From: an uncultured Hydrogenophaga sp.
GTDB lineage: Bacteria; Pseudomonadota; Gammaproteobacteria; Burkholderiales; Burkholderiaceae_C
NCBI GenBank assembly: GCA_964550405.1
Contig: CAZJZD010000012.1
Location: 754-64,753, forward strand
Length of the DNA: 64,000 nt
Reading direction: 5' to 3'
This document shows, piece after piece, positions 1 through 10,871 of the stretch. Position numbers and translations under genes: made by a program. Within the stretch, counting starts at the first letter, position 1. The number at the start of each line of letters is the position of its first letter. Below the pieces are notes generated by a model. That model was not told the origin of the DNA. It saw only the letters and a program-made list of their open reading frames with translations, and did not search any database.

Positions 1-600
1 GTGCCCGGCGGCTTCGGCCAGCGCGGCGTGGAAGGCAAGATCGCCACCGCCCGCTTCGCCCGTGAGCACAAGGTGCCTTACCTGGGCATCTGCCTGGGCA
101 TGCAGGTGGCCACCATCGAGTACGCGCGCCATGTGGCGGGCCTCGAAGGTGCCAACAGCACCGAGTTCGACGCCGCGACGCCGCACCCCGTGATCGCGCT
201 GATCGAAGAATGGAAAGACGCCGACGGCAGCATCCAGAAGCGCGATGCCAATTCCGATCTCGGCGGCACCATGCGCCTGGGCGCACAAAGTTCCGACGTG
301 ACCCCCGGCACGCTGGCGCACAGCATCTACGGCGACGTGGTGACCGAGCGCCACCGCCACCGCTACGAAGCCAACGTGAACTACCTGGACCAGCTGCGCG
401 AGGCCGGTCTGGTGATCTCTGCCCTGACGCAGCGCGAGCAACTGACCGAGATCGTCGAACTGCCGCAGGCCGCGCACCCCTGGTTCATCGGCGTACAGTT
501 CCACCCCGAGTTCAAGTCCACCCCCTGGGCGGGCCACCCGCTGTTCAACGCCTTCGTCAAGGCGGCGGTGGAGCACCAGCAGGCCGCCAAGAAAGCCTGA
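1..600 (+). CDS. pyrG: CTP synthase, C-terminal glutaminase domain (5' truncated by window)
   Basis: [32 protein letters not shown] and GVQFHPEF motifs; upstream of kdsA-eno. Confidence 0.97.
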   Translation: MPGGFGQRGVEGKIATARFAREHKVPYLGICLGMQVATIEYARHVAGLEGANSTEFDAATPHPVIALIEEWKDADGSIQKRDANSDLGGTMRLGAQSSDVTPGTLAHSIYGDVVTERHRHRYEANVNYLDQLREAGLVISALTQREQLTEIVELPQAAHPWFIGVQFHPEFKSTPWAGHPLFNAFVKAAVEHQQAAKKA

Positions 601-614
601 CCGGAGACAGCGCC

Positions 615-1469
615 ATGAAACTCTGCGGATTCGACGTCGGCCTGGACCAGCGCTTCTTCCTGATCGCCGGGACCTGTTCCATCGAAGGTCTGCAGATGTC
701 GCTGGACGTCGCGGGGCAACTCCAGGAGATCTGCTCCGCGCTGGGCATTCCGCTGATCTACAAGGGCTCGTTCGACAAGGCCAACCGGTCTTCGGGCACC
801 AGCCAGCGTGGCGTGGGCCTGGATGCAGGCCTGAAGATCCTGGACGAAGTGCGCAAGCAATTGCAGCTGCCCATCCTGACCGATGTGCACGACGCGTCGC
901 AGGTGGCCGAGGTCGCCGCCGTGGTCGACGTGCTGCAGACCCCGGCCTTCCTCTGTCGCCAGACCGATTTCATCCGTGCTGTGGCCCAGTCGGGCAAGCC
1001 GGTGAACATCAAGAAGGGTCAGTTCCTTGCGCCCTGGGACATGAAGAACGTGATCGACAAGGCCCGCGCAGCCGCTCGCGAGGCGGGTCTGTCGGAAGAC
1101 CGCTTCCTGGCCTGTGAGCGCGGCGTGAGCTTCGGCTACAACAACCTGGTGGCCGACATGACCAGCCTGGCCGAGATGCGCAAGTCCGGCGCGCCGGTGG
1201 TGTTCGACGTGACCCACTCGGTGCAGAAACCCGGCGGCCTGGGCGCCGTCAGCGGTGGCGCACGCGAAATGGTGCCCGTGCTGGCCCGTGCTGGTGTCGC
1301 CGCGGGCGTCGCAGGGCTGTTCATGGAAACGCACCCGAAGCCGGCCGAGGCCTGGTCCGACGGCCCCAACGCCGTTCCGCTGGGTCGCATGAAGGCGCTG
1401 CTGGAAACCCTGGTCGCGCTCGATTCCGTAACCAAAACAAACCCGCTGCTGGAGAACGATTTCCAATGA
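615..1469 (+). CDS. kdsA: KDO8P synthase (2-dehydro-3-deoxyphosphooctonate aldolase)
   Basis: [44 protein letters not shown] at 615 after GGAG. Confidence 0.97.
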   Translation: MKLCGFDVGLDQRFFLIAGTCSIEGLQMSLDVAGQLQEICSALGIPLIYKGSFDKANRSSGTSQRGVGLDAGLKILDEVRKQLQLPILTDVHDASQVAEVAAVVDVLQTPAFLCRQTDFIRAVAQSGKPVNIKKGQFLAPWDMKNVIDKARAAAREAGLSEDRFLACERGVSFGYNNLVADMTSLAEMRKSGAPVVFDVTHSVQKPGGLGAVSGGAREMVPVLARAGVAAGVAGLFMETHPKPAEAWSDGPNAVPLGRMKALLETLVALDSVTKTNPLLENDFQ

Positions 1470-1544
1470 GCGGCGGCACCATACACCCCACAGTCCATTC
1501 GCCACAGTGAGCGCCTGCGGCGCCCTGTTCTGTTTTCTTTTTGA

Positions 1545-2852
<1,308 letters not shown>

Positions 2853-2859
2853 TGCATTC

Positions 2860-2881
2860 GAGGGCCGCGCAAGCGGCCCTC
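2860..2881 (+). other. GC-rich stem-loop with GCAA tetraloop after eno
   Basis: GAGGGCCGC-GCAA-GCGGCCCTC; no U tract, so a stabiliser or weak terminator. Confidence 0.6.
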
Positions 2882-2895
2882 GCTACACTCGCGCC

Positions 2896-3180
2896 ATGGC
2901 CCGTCGCTTCGTTCCCGCCCTGCTGATCACCCTGCTGCTGGTGCTGCATGCCCAGCTGTGGTTCGGCCGTGGCAGCGTGTCGCAGGTCGGCCAGATGAAG
3001 GTGGAACTCGCCACACTGGAGCAGGCGAACCGCGACGCCCGACTGCGCAACGAACAACTTGGCAATGAGGTCCGTGACCTGCGGGAAGGCCTGGACATGG
3101 TCGAGGAACTGGCGCGACAGGACCTGGGCATGGTCAAGCCCAACGAGATCTTCGTCCAGATCGCCCAGAACAGGCCCTGA
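2896..3180 (+). CDS. ftsB: Cell division protein FtsB
   Basis: N-terminal TM, LWFGRG, coiled coil, EELARQDLGMVKPNEIF; follows eno. Confidence 0.93.
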   Translation: MARRFVPALLITLLLVLHAQLWFGRGSVSQVGQMKVELATLEQANRDARLRNEQLGNEVRDLREGLDMVEELARQDLGMVKPNEIFVQIAQNRP

Positions 3181-3189
3181 CGTCGCGTC

Positions 3190-3852
3190 ATGGCCCTGAC
3201 CGTCACCCTGATCGGCGGCGAGTCCTCCGGCAAGAGCACGCTGGCGCAGGCGCTGCAGCCAGCGCTGGATGCACAAGGCGTGCGCAATATCCTCGTCCCC
3301 GAACAGCTGCGCATCTGGTGCGAGCGCCACGGCCGTGCCCCCATGGCCCACGAGCAGGCGGAACGGGCACAGGACCAGTGCCACGCCATTGCAATGGCAC
3401 AGGCACCCACCGTTGACGTGGTGCTGGCCGACACCACCGCACTGGTGGTCGCCGCCTACAGCGAACTGTACTTTGAGGACCGCTCGCTTTGGTCCGACGC
3501 CATCGAACAGCAGCGCACCTACGACCTGACCCTGCTGATGGGGCTCGACCTGCCTTGGGTGCCCGACGGCCTGTTTCGCGACGGCCCGGCACTGCGCGAG
3601 GCAACCGACGGCCTGCTGCGCCGCGAGCTGCAGGCGGCCGGTATCGCCTTCCAGACCTTGTATGGCCCGCTGGAGCGCCGTGTGCAGCAGGCGCTGCGCG
3701 CCATCGGACCGCTGCTCGGTCGGTCACTGGTCGCGGAAGACCTCCACCGGGTCCAGGGCCGTCGCCCCTGGACCTGCGAAAAGTGCAGCGACCCCGACTG
3801 CGAACACCGCCTGTTCACCCAGCTGCTGCAACAACGAAACCGCGAGGCCTGA
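3190..3852 (+). CDS. NadR-type/AAA_28 P-loop protein with C-terminal Cys/His cluster
   Basis: GGESSGKSTL Walker A, PEQLRIW, DLPWVPDGLFRD, C-terminal CEKCSDPDCEH. Confidence 0.75.
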   Translation: MALTVTLIGGESSGKSTLAQALQPALDAQGVRNILVPEQLRIWCERHGRAPMAHEQAERAQDQCHAIAMAQAPTVDVVLADTTALVVAAYSELYFEDRSLWSDAIEQQRTYDLTLLMGLDLPWVPDGLFRDGPALREATDGLLRRELQAAGIAFQTLYGPLERRVQQALRAIGPLLGRSLVAEDLHRVQGRRPWTCEKCSDPDCEHRLFTQLLQQRNREA

Positions 3853-3854
3853 AC

Positions 3855-5057
3855 ATGATCGCCGCCACCCCCCTGCCCGATTTCCGCAGCCCCGTCTTTC
3901 TGCGCGCGCACATCGAAGACACGCTGGGCTTCTACCTGCCGCGTGCCCTCGACCCCAGCGGGGGCCTGTTCCACTTTCTGCGCGACAACGGCAGCGTCTA
4001 TGACGCCCACACGCGCCATCTGGTCAGCAGCACACGGTATGTGGTGGCGCTGTCCATGGCAGCGCGGCGCGGGCTGGGTGGCGAACAGGTGTGCCGCGCG
4101 CTGCAGCAGGCCTTCGACTTCCTGCCGGTGCACCGAAACCCCGAGACCGGCGGCTACGCCTGGCTGCTCGACTGGCGGGACGGCCAGGCTCGCGTGCTCG
4201 ACGGCACCAACCACGCCTACGGCCTGGCCTTCGTGCTGCTGGCGCACGCGCACGCCCACATGGCCGGCGTGGCCGGCGCCCACGCCGGCATCGCGCAGAC
4301 CTACGAGCTGCTGGAGCAGCGCTTCTGGGAGCCGCAGCATGGCCTCTACGCCGACGAGGCCACCGCCGACTGGCAACTGCGCCCCTACCGGGGCCAGAAC
4401 GCCAACATGCACCTGTGCGAAGCCCTGCTGGCCGCCTTCGACGCTACGCAGGAGGCCCGCTACCTGGACCGCGCCGCCCTGCTGGCCGAGCACATCACGG
4501 TGCGGCAGGCGGCATTGGCCGATGGCCTGGTCTGGGAGCACTACCGCGCCGACTGGTCGGTCGACTGGGACTACAACAAGGACGACAAGACCAACATCTT
4601 CCGGCCCTGGGGCTTCCAGCCCGGTCACCTGACCGAGTGGACCAAGCTGCTGCTGCAGCTGCACGAACGCCGGCCCGATGCGGCCCTGGTCGGCCGCGCC
4701 CGGCATTTCTTCGACACCGCCATGCACAAGGCCTGGGACGGCGAGCACGGCGGCCTGTACTACGGCTTCGCGCCGGACGGCAGCATCTGCGACAGCGACA
4801 AGTACTTCTGGGTCCAGGCCGAGTCGCTGGCAGCCGCCGCGCGGCTGGCCTCCGTCACCGGCGAGCCGCGCTACTGGGCCGCCTACGACCACCTCTGGGC
4901 CTATTCATGGCGCCACTTCGTGGACCACGAACACGGCGCCTGGTGGCGCATCCTGACCGCCGACAACCGCAAGTACTCGGACGAAAAAAGCCCGGCCGGA
5001 AAAGTGGACTACCACACCATGGGCGCGGCCCACGATGTGCTGGATGTACTTGGGTAG
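3855..5057 (+). CDS. AGE-family epimerase/isomerase (D-mannose isomerase/YihS-like)
   Basis: RHLVSSTRY, YRGQNANMHLCEA, FQPGHLTEW, KYFWVQAE, GKVDYHTMGA; ATG at 3855. Confidence 0.88.
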   Translation: MIAATPLPDFRSPVFLRAHIEDTLGFYLPRALDPSGGLFHFLRDNGSVYDAHTRHLVSSTRYVVALSMAARRGLGGEQVCRALQQAFDFLPVHRNPETGGYAWLLDWRDGQARVLDGTNHAYGLAFVLLAHAHAHMAGVAGAHAGIAQTYELLEQRFWEPQHGLYADEATADWQLRPYRGQNANMHLCEALLAAFDATQEARYLDRAALLAEHITVRQAALADGLVWEHYRADWSVDWDYNKDDKTNIFRPWGFQPGHLTEWTKLLLQLHERRPDAALVGRARHFFDTAMHKAWDGEHGGLYYGFAPDGSICDSDKYFWVQAESLAAAARLASVTGEPRYWAAYDHLWAYSWRHFVDHEHGAWWRILTADNRKYSDEKSPAGKVDYHTMGAAHDVLDVLG

Positions 5058-5061
5058 CCGA

Positions 5062-6042
5062 TCAGTGAACGCCGGGTGTTCCGGGTGGCTGTGAAGCCGC
5101 CTGCAGGAACACCTGCGCAGCATCAACCGGATCGAAGTGGTACTGGGCACCACAGAAATCGCAGCCCACTTCCACCTGGCCCTGCTCGGCGATGATGGAC
5201 TCGACCTCCTCCCGTCCCAGCGACTTGAGCATGCCACTGACGCGCTCGCGCGAGCAGGTGCAGGCAAAGCGCGGGCCGTCGGCGCCGGTCTGCGGCTCGA
5301 AGCGGCGCACGTCCTCTTCCCAGAACAGACGGTGCAGGATGGTCTCGGCGTCCAGCGTCAGCAGCTCCTCGCGCTTCAGACTCGCGGCCAGGATGGCGAT
5401 GCGGTTGTAGTCCTCGTTGCGGCCGATCTGGTCTTCGTCGCGCGCCATGGCGCCCGCACCGGACAGGTTGGATTCGCCCTGCAACGGCAGGCGCTGGATC
5501 AACAGACCGGCGGCCACCTGGTCATTCGCAGCCAGCACCAGGCGTGTGTCCAGCTGCTCGCTCTGCAGCATGTAGTGCTCGATCACCTCGCTGAGCTTCT
5601 CCAGCTTCTCGTGCCGGTCGCCGAACAGCGGTACCACGCCCTGGTAGGGCTGCTGGCCCGGCAGACGGTCCTTGGGGTCAAGCGTGATGGCGCAGCGGCC
5701 GTGGTTGTTCACGTTGACCATGTGCGAGAGCGGCGCATCGGCTGCGACCTCGCCCTGCACGTTGGCCGTGGCGCGCAGGGCCAGGTCGGGTTGCACCTCG
5801 GCCACGGCCAGCTTCACCGGACCGTCGCCCTGCACCTGCAGGATCAGCGCACCGTTGAACTTGATGTTGGCCTGCATCAGCGTGGCGGCGGCCGTCATTT
5901 CGCCCAGCAGTTCGGTCACGGCCGCCGGGTAGCCGCCGGCCTGCTGGCGACGGCGCAGGATTTCCTGCCAGCTGTCGGTCAGGCGCACCAGCATGCCGCG
6001 CACGGGCAGGCCTTCAAACAGGAATTTGTGGAGTTCGGACAC
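5062..6042 (-). CDS. hslO: Hsp33 redox-regulated chaperone
   Basis: LQVQGDGPVKL, YMLQSEQL, CTCSRE and CDFCG zinc motif. Confidence 0.95.
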   Translation of the reverse strand: MSELHKFLFEGLPVRGMLVRLTDSWQEILRRRQQAGGYPAAVTELLGEMTAAATLMQANIKFNGALILQVQGDGPVKLAVAEVQPDLALRATANVQGEVAADAPLSHMVNVNNHGRCAITLDPKDRLPGQQPYQGVVPLFGDRHEKLEKLSEVIEHYMLQSEQLDTRLVLAANDQVAAGLLIQRLPLQGESNLSGAGAMARDEDQIGRNEDYNRIAILAASLKREELLTLDAETILHRLFWEEDVRRFEPQTGADGPRFACTCSRERVSGMLKSLGREEVESIIAEQGQVEVGCDFCGAQYHFDPVDAAQVFLQAASQPPGTPGVH

Positions 6043-6080
6043 GCTGTACTTTCAGAAAAATCAACGCCGGCAGATCGGGC

Positions 6081-6605
6081 TCAGCCGACCTTTTTCAAGC
6101 CCTTGCGGAAGCGCTCGGCGTTGTCCATGTAATGCAGGGCGCTGCGGCGCAGGCCCTCGATCTGCTCGGGTGTGAGCTGCTTCGTGACCTTCGCCGGACG
6201 GCCGATGATCATGGAGCCATCAGGGAACTCCTTGCCTTCGGTGACCAGCGCACCCGCACCGACCAGGCAGTTCTTGCCGATCTTCGCTCCGTTGAGCACA
6301 ACAGCGCCGATGCCGATCAGCGACTCGTCACCGATGGTGCAGCCGTGCAGCATCACCTGGTGACCCACGGTCACATGGCGGCCGATGGTCAACGGCATGC
6401 CGATGTCGGCGTGCAGCACCGAGCCGTCCTGGATGTTGCTGCCCTCACCCACCACGATGGGGTCGGTGTCACCGCGCAGCGTGGCGCCGAACCACACGCT
6501 GCTGCCCGGGGCGAGCTGAACATCGCCGATCACCTGGGCGTTCTCGGCCACCCAGGCCGATTCGGCCACGCGCGGGGTGATGCCATCGAGTTCGTAGATC
6601 GCCAT
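6081..6605 (-). CDS. Gamma carbonic anhydrase family protein
   Basis: Hexapeptide repeats; NIQDGSVLH, VGHQVMLHGC metal ligands. Confidence 0.9.
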   Translation of the reverse strand: MAIYELDGITPRVAESAWVAENAQVIGDVQLAPGSSVWFGATLRGDTDPIVVGEGSNIQDGSVLHADIGMPLTIGRHVTVGHQVMLHGCTIGDESLIGIGAVVLNGAKIGKNCLVGAGALVTEGKEFPDGSMIIGRPAKVTKQLTPEQIEGLRRSALHYMDNAERFRKGLKKVG

Positions 6606-6652
6606 GCTGGAGTCTCCTGGTGGTGTGTTTGGGCAAACCTAGAATTGTAGGG

Positions 6653-7507
6653 ATGCCCTCCAAGCCCTGCACCGAACCCGGCCTGCGCGAGGCGGCCCTG
6701 GCTGCCCTGTGCCTGCCCGATCCGCAGACCAAGGTGCACGCCACCCATGCGCTGTGGCAGCGGCTGGTGGCACTGACCGACGATGCTGCACGCGAGCAGG
6801 CGCTGGCGCCCGCCACGCCGATCCGGCTGACCGACGGCACGGCGCTCCCGGGTCGTCCGGCACAGCCGGTGCTGGTGCCCCCCATGGAGGTACCACAGCG
6901 CTCGCCCTTCACGCCCGAGGGCCTGGCCGCGTTGCTGCACGCGGTCTGCCACATCGAGTTCAACGCCATCGACCTGGCGCTCGACGCGGTCTGGCGCTTC
7001 GACGGCATGCCGCTGGACTTCTACCGCGACTGGCTGCGTGTCGCCGATGAAGAAGCCACGCACTTCACCCTGCTGCGCACGCACCTGCAGAGCCTGGGCC
7101 ACGACTACGGCGACTTCCCGGCCCACAACGGCCTGTGGGAGATGTGCGTGAAAACGCAACACGACATCACCGCCCGCATGGCCCTGGTGCCGCGCACGCT
7201 GGAAGCACGCGGGCTGGACGCGACGCCACTCATCCAGGCCCGGCTGCGCAAGGTGGGCACGCCCGCCGCCCTGCGCGCGGTGGACATCCTCGACACCATC
7301 CTGCGCGACGAGATCGGCCACGTGGCCATCGGCAACCGCTGGTACGGCTGGCTCTGCGCCCGCCAGCGGCTCGACCCGGTGGCGCACTACCGCGCGCTAG
7401 CGCGCACCCACAGCGCACCGCGCCTGAAGCCGCCCTTCAACGCGGATGCACGCCTCGCGGCCGGCTTCAGCCAGGCCGAAATCGACTACCTGCTCGGCAC
7501 GGGCTGA
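6653..7507 (+). CDS. Ferritin-like DUF455 family protein
   Basis: LHAVCHIEFNAIDLALD, DEEATHF, RDEIGHVAIGNRW; ATG at 6653 preferred. Confidence 0.85.
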   Translation: MPSKPCTEPGLREAALAALCLPDPQTKVHATHALWQRLVALTDDAAREQALAPATPIRLTDGTALPGRPAQPVLVPPMEVPQRSPFTPEGLAALLHAVCHIEFNAIDLALDAVWRFDGMPLDFYRDWLRVADEEATHFTLLRTHLQSLGHDYGDFPAHNGLWEMCVKTQHDITARMALVPRTLEARGLDATPLIQARLRKVGTPAALRAVDILDTILRDEIGHVAIGNRWYGWLCARQRLDPVAHYRALARTHSAPRLKPPFNADARLAAGFSQAEIDYLLGTG

Positions 7508-7692
7508 GCCCGTTTGCGTCAGCGCGGCGTCAGGGCAAAGCGCGCCCTGGCGACAGTCCGGAGCGCTCCGACGTAAGAGCGGAGTCATTCAAAAGCCATA
7601 GCATCTGTGCAAGCATCTTCGGGGCTTACAGAGGCCTTACTTCAAACTTAAGCGGCCGACCCGGGGAGCTTGTTCCCTTCGGAGGAGACACC

Positions 7693-8001
7693 ATGGAAAC
7701 GGACCTGGCGCATCGCATTGCGAGCCATCCCAGATACCAGGAGCTCAAGGCCAAGCGATCGCGCTTCGGCTGGTGGCTCACCGCCCTGATGATGATCGTC
7801 TACTACGGCTTCATCGTGCTCGTGGCGTTCAACAAGGAATTCCTGTCCCAACGCCTCGGCGAAGGCGTCATGACCGTGGGCATGCCCATCGGCCTGGGCG
7901 TCATCCTGTTCACCATCGTCATCACCGGCATCTACGTGCGCCGCGCGAACAGCGAATTCGATGACCTGACCGAAGAAATCAAGAAGGCGGTGACGCGATG
8001 A
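7693..8001 (+). CDS. DUF485 (YjcH-like) small membrane protein
   Basis: Two TM segments, [14 protein letters not shown] overlap with actP; GGAGG RBS. Confidence 0.9.
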   Translation: METDLAHRIASHPRYQELKAKRSRFGWWLTALMMIVYYGFIVLVAFNKEFLSQRLGEGVMTVGMPIGLGVILFTIVITGIYVRRANSEFDDLTEEIKKAVTR

Positions 8002-9716
8002 AAGCCAAGTTTCACATCCAGGCCCTGCTCTGGGCACTGCTGCTGACCTGCACCGGCGCCATTGCGGCCGGGGCCGACCTGGGCCAGGCCGAAAAGCAGG
8101 CCACCAACTGGACAGCCATCACCATGTTCGGCATGTTCGTGGCCGGTACCATGTTCATCACCAAGTGGGCCGCCGCCAAGACCAAGTCGGCCGCCGACTT
8201 CTACACCGGCGGTGGCGGCATCACCGGCTTCCAGAACGGCTTGGCCATCGCGGGTGACTACATGTCGGCCGCGTCCTTCCTGGGGATTTCTGCAGCCGTG
8301 ATGGCCAACGGCTTCGATGGCCTGATCTACTCCATCGGCTTCCTGGTCGGCTGGCCCGTGGTCACCTTCCTGATGGCCGAGCGCCTGCGCAACCTGGGCA
8401 AGTTCACCTTCGCCGACGTGGCCGCCTTCCGCTTCAGCCAGACGCCCATCCGCATGTTCGCGGCCTCGGGCACCCTGGTGGTGGTGGCCTTCTACCTGAT
8501 CGCGCAGATGGTCGGTGCCGGCCAGCTCATCAAGCTGCTGTTCGGCCTGGAGTACTACATCGCCGTGGTCATCGTCGGCGCCCTGATGATGGTCTACGTG
8601 CTGTTCGGCGGCATGACGGCCACCACCTGGGTGCAGATCATCAAAGCCTGCCTGCTGCTGGGCGGCGCATCGTTCATGGCGCTGATGGTGCTGTGGAACT
8701 TCGGCTTCAGCCCCGAGGCCATGTTCGCCAAGGCCGTGGAGGTCAAGACCGGTCTGGCCACCGCCGCCGGCAAGACGCCCGAGGAAGCGGCCACCGCCGG
8801 CTTCTCCATCATGGGGCCGGGCAGCTTCGTGAAAGACCCGATCTCCGCCATCAGCTTCGGCATGGCGCTGATGTTCGGTACCGCCGGCCTGCCCCACATC
8901 CTGATGCGCTTCTTCACGGTGCCCAACGCCAAGGAAGCACGCAAGTCGGTGCTGTGGGCCACCACCTGGATCGGCTACTTCTACATCCTGACCTTCATCA
9001 TCGGTTTCGGCGCCATCACCTTCGTGCTGACCAACCCCGAGTTCCTGGACGCCAAGGGCGGCCTGATCGGTGGAGGCAACATGGCCGCCATCCACCTGGC
9101 CAATGCCGTGGGCGGCAACGTGTTCCTGGGCTTCATCTCGGCCGTGGCGTTTGCCACCATCCTGGCCGTGGTGGCCGGCCTGACGCTCTCGGGCGCCTCG
9201 GCCGTCTCGCACGACATCTACGCCACCGTGATCAAGAAGGGGCAGGTCGACAGCGCCTCCGAACTGAAGGTTTCGCGCCTGACCACCATCGCACTGGGCA
9301 TCATCGCCGTGACGCTGGGCATCGCTTTCGAGAAGCAGAACATCGCCTTCATGGTGTCGCTGGCTTTTGCCATCGCCGCTTCGGCCAACTTCCCGGTGCT
9401 CTTCATGAGCGTGCTGTGGAAGGGCTGCACCACGCGTGGCGCGGTGATCGGCGGCTTCCTCGGCCTGATCTCGTCCGTGGTGTTGACCGTGCTGTCGGCC
9501 TCGGTGTGGGAAGCCGTGCTGGGCAACGCAAAAGGCAGTGCGCCGTTCCCCTACACTTCGCCGGCCCTGTTCTCCATGACCATCGGCTTTGTCGGCATCT
9601 GGCTGTTCTCCCTCCTGGACAACAGTGAGCGCGCGAAGATCGACAAGGCGGGCTTCCTGGCCCAGCAGGTGCGTTCGGAAACGGGTATCGGTGCCTCGGG
9701 CGCGTCCGGCCACTGA
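7998..9716 (+). CDS. actP: Cation/acetate (monocarboxylate) symporter, SSS family
   Basis: [46 protein letters not shown]. Confidence 0.93.
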   Translation: MKAKFHIQALLWALLLTCTGAIAAGADLGQAEKQATNWTAITMFGMFVAGTMFITKWAAAKTKSAADFYTGGGGITGFQNGLAIAGDYMSAASFLGISAAVMANGFDGLIYSIGFLVGWPVVTFLMAERLRNLGKFTFADVAAFRFSQTPIRMFAASGTLVVVAFYLIAQMVGAGQLIKLLFGLEYYIAVVIVGALMMVYVLFGGMTATTWVQIIKACLLLGGASFMALMVLWNFGFSPEAMFAKAVEVKTGLATAAGKTPEEAATAGFSIMGPGSFVKDPISAISFGMALMFGTAGLPHILMRFFTVPNAKEARKSVLWATTWIGYFYILTFIIGFGAITFVLTNPEFLDAKGGLIGGGNMAAIHLANAVGGNVFLGFISAVAFATILAVVAGLTLSGASAVSHDIYATVIKKGQVDSASELKVSRLTTIALGIIAVTLGIAFEKQNIAFMVSLAFAIAASANFPVLFMSVLWKGCTTRGAVIGGFLGLISSVVLTVLSASVWEAVLGNAKGSAPFPYTSPALFSMTIGFVGIWLFSLLDNSERAKIDKAGFLAQQVRSETGIGASGASGH

Positions 9717-9731
9717 GCACCTCGTCCCGAG

Positions 9732-9767
9732 AAAGGCCGCTGCACGCCAGTGCCAGCGGCCTTTTTT
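9732..9767 (+). terminator. Rho-independent terminator after actP
   Basis: AAAGGCCGCTG...CAGCGGCCTTTTTT. Confidence 0.85.
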
Positions 9768-9842
9768 CTGTCCACAACGCAATACCCACACTGGCAGCGC
9801 GACATTGACCGTCACCCGGCAACGCGGCATAGCATCCGCAGG

Positions 9843-10871
9843 GTGACGCCGCAAACCATCCGCCTCGACGAGTACCTGGGACACGCCTTCGACAGCATCC
9901 CGGTGGCGATGGTGGTGGTCAATCAGAACGGCCAGATCACCCGCGCCAACCAGCTGGCGGAGACCACTTTTGGTTACACCAGCGCAGAGTTGATGGGCCA
10001 GCCGGTGGAAATGCTGATACCTGCGCGTTACCGCCACGCGCATCCTGGCTACCGGAGCGGGTTTCTGGCCGAACCGTCGGCACGCCCCATGGGGGCGGGA
10101 CGTGATCTCAGCGGTCTGCGCAAGGACGGCAGCGAGTTCCCGGTGGAAATCGGCATCAACCCGGTGGAAACCGGCGAGGGACCGATGATCCTGTCGGTGA
10201 TCCTGGACCTGAGCGAACGCAAACAAAGCGAAAAACGCATTCAGGCGGCCCTGCAGGAAAAGGAGCTGCTGCTGGAAGAGGTGCACCACCGGGTCAAGAA
10301 CAACCTGCAGGTGATCCACAGCCTGCTCGACCTGCAGGTGCTGCGCCTGAAGGACCCCGATCTGGTGGGCATGCTGCGCGACAGCCAGAACCGCATCCGG
10401 TCGATGTCGATGATCCACCAGACGCTCTACCAGTCGCACGACTTTGCCCAGGTGGACTTTCACCGCCTTCTGGGCGAACTGCTGCCCACCCTGATGGACT
10501 CCTACGGCATGGCGGGTGGCCACGTCAACATGGTGATCGACGCCAGCGACGTGCGGATCCCCATCAACGAAGCCATTCCCTGTGGCCTGATCGTCAACGA
10601 GCTGGTGAGCAATGCGCTCAAGCACGGTTTTGCCGACCGCCGCCAGGGGTCGATCTGGGTGTCTCTCGTGCGCGATGCCGATGACCAGGTGGAACTGTCG
10701 ATCAGCAACGACGGCGCGGGCATCCCGGCCGAACAGAGCCTCGACCGGGCAGGCTCCCTCGGCCTCCAGCTGGTGCAGTTGCTCACACGCCAGCTCCACG
10801 GCCGGCTCGATGTCCAGCGCAGCGAGCCGACCCGTTTCACCCTGCGCTTCCCCCTGTCGAGGACGCCATGA
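9843..10871 (+). CDS. PAS-domain HisKA_2-type sensor histidine kinase
   Basis: PAS (GLRKDGSEFPVEI), EVHHRVKNNLQVIHSLL, NELVSNALKH, SLGLQLV; start uncertain (GTG 9843 or ATG 9750). Confidence 0.85.
   Translation: MTPQTIRLDEYLGHAFDSIPVAMVVVNQNGQITRANQLAETTFGYTSAELMGQPVEMLIPARYRHAHPGYRSGFLAEPSARPMGAGRDLSGLRKDGSEFPVEIGINPVETGEGPMILSVILDLSERKQSEKRIQAALQEKELLLEEVHHRVKNNLQVIHSLLDLQVLRLKDPDLVGMLRDSQNRIRSMSMIHQTLYQSHDFAQVDFHRLLGELLPTLMDSYGMAGGHVNMVIDASDVRIPINEAIPCGLIVNELVSNALKHGFADRRQGSIWVSLVRDADDQVELSISNDGAGIPAEQSLDRAGSLGLQLVQLLTRQLHGRLDVQRSEPTRFTLRFPLSRTP

Noticed and set aside
7932-10799. 955-aa minus-strand ORF
   Set aside because: Antisense shadow of actP and the sensor kinase
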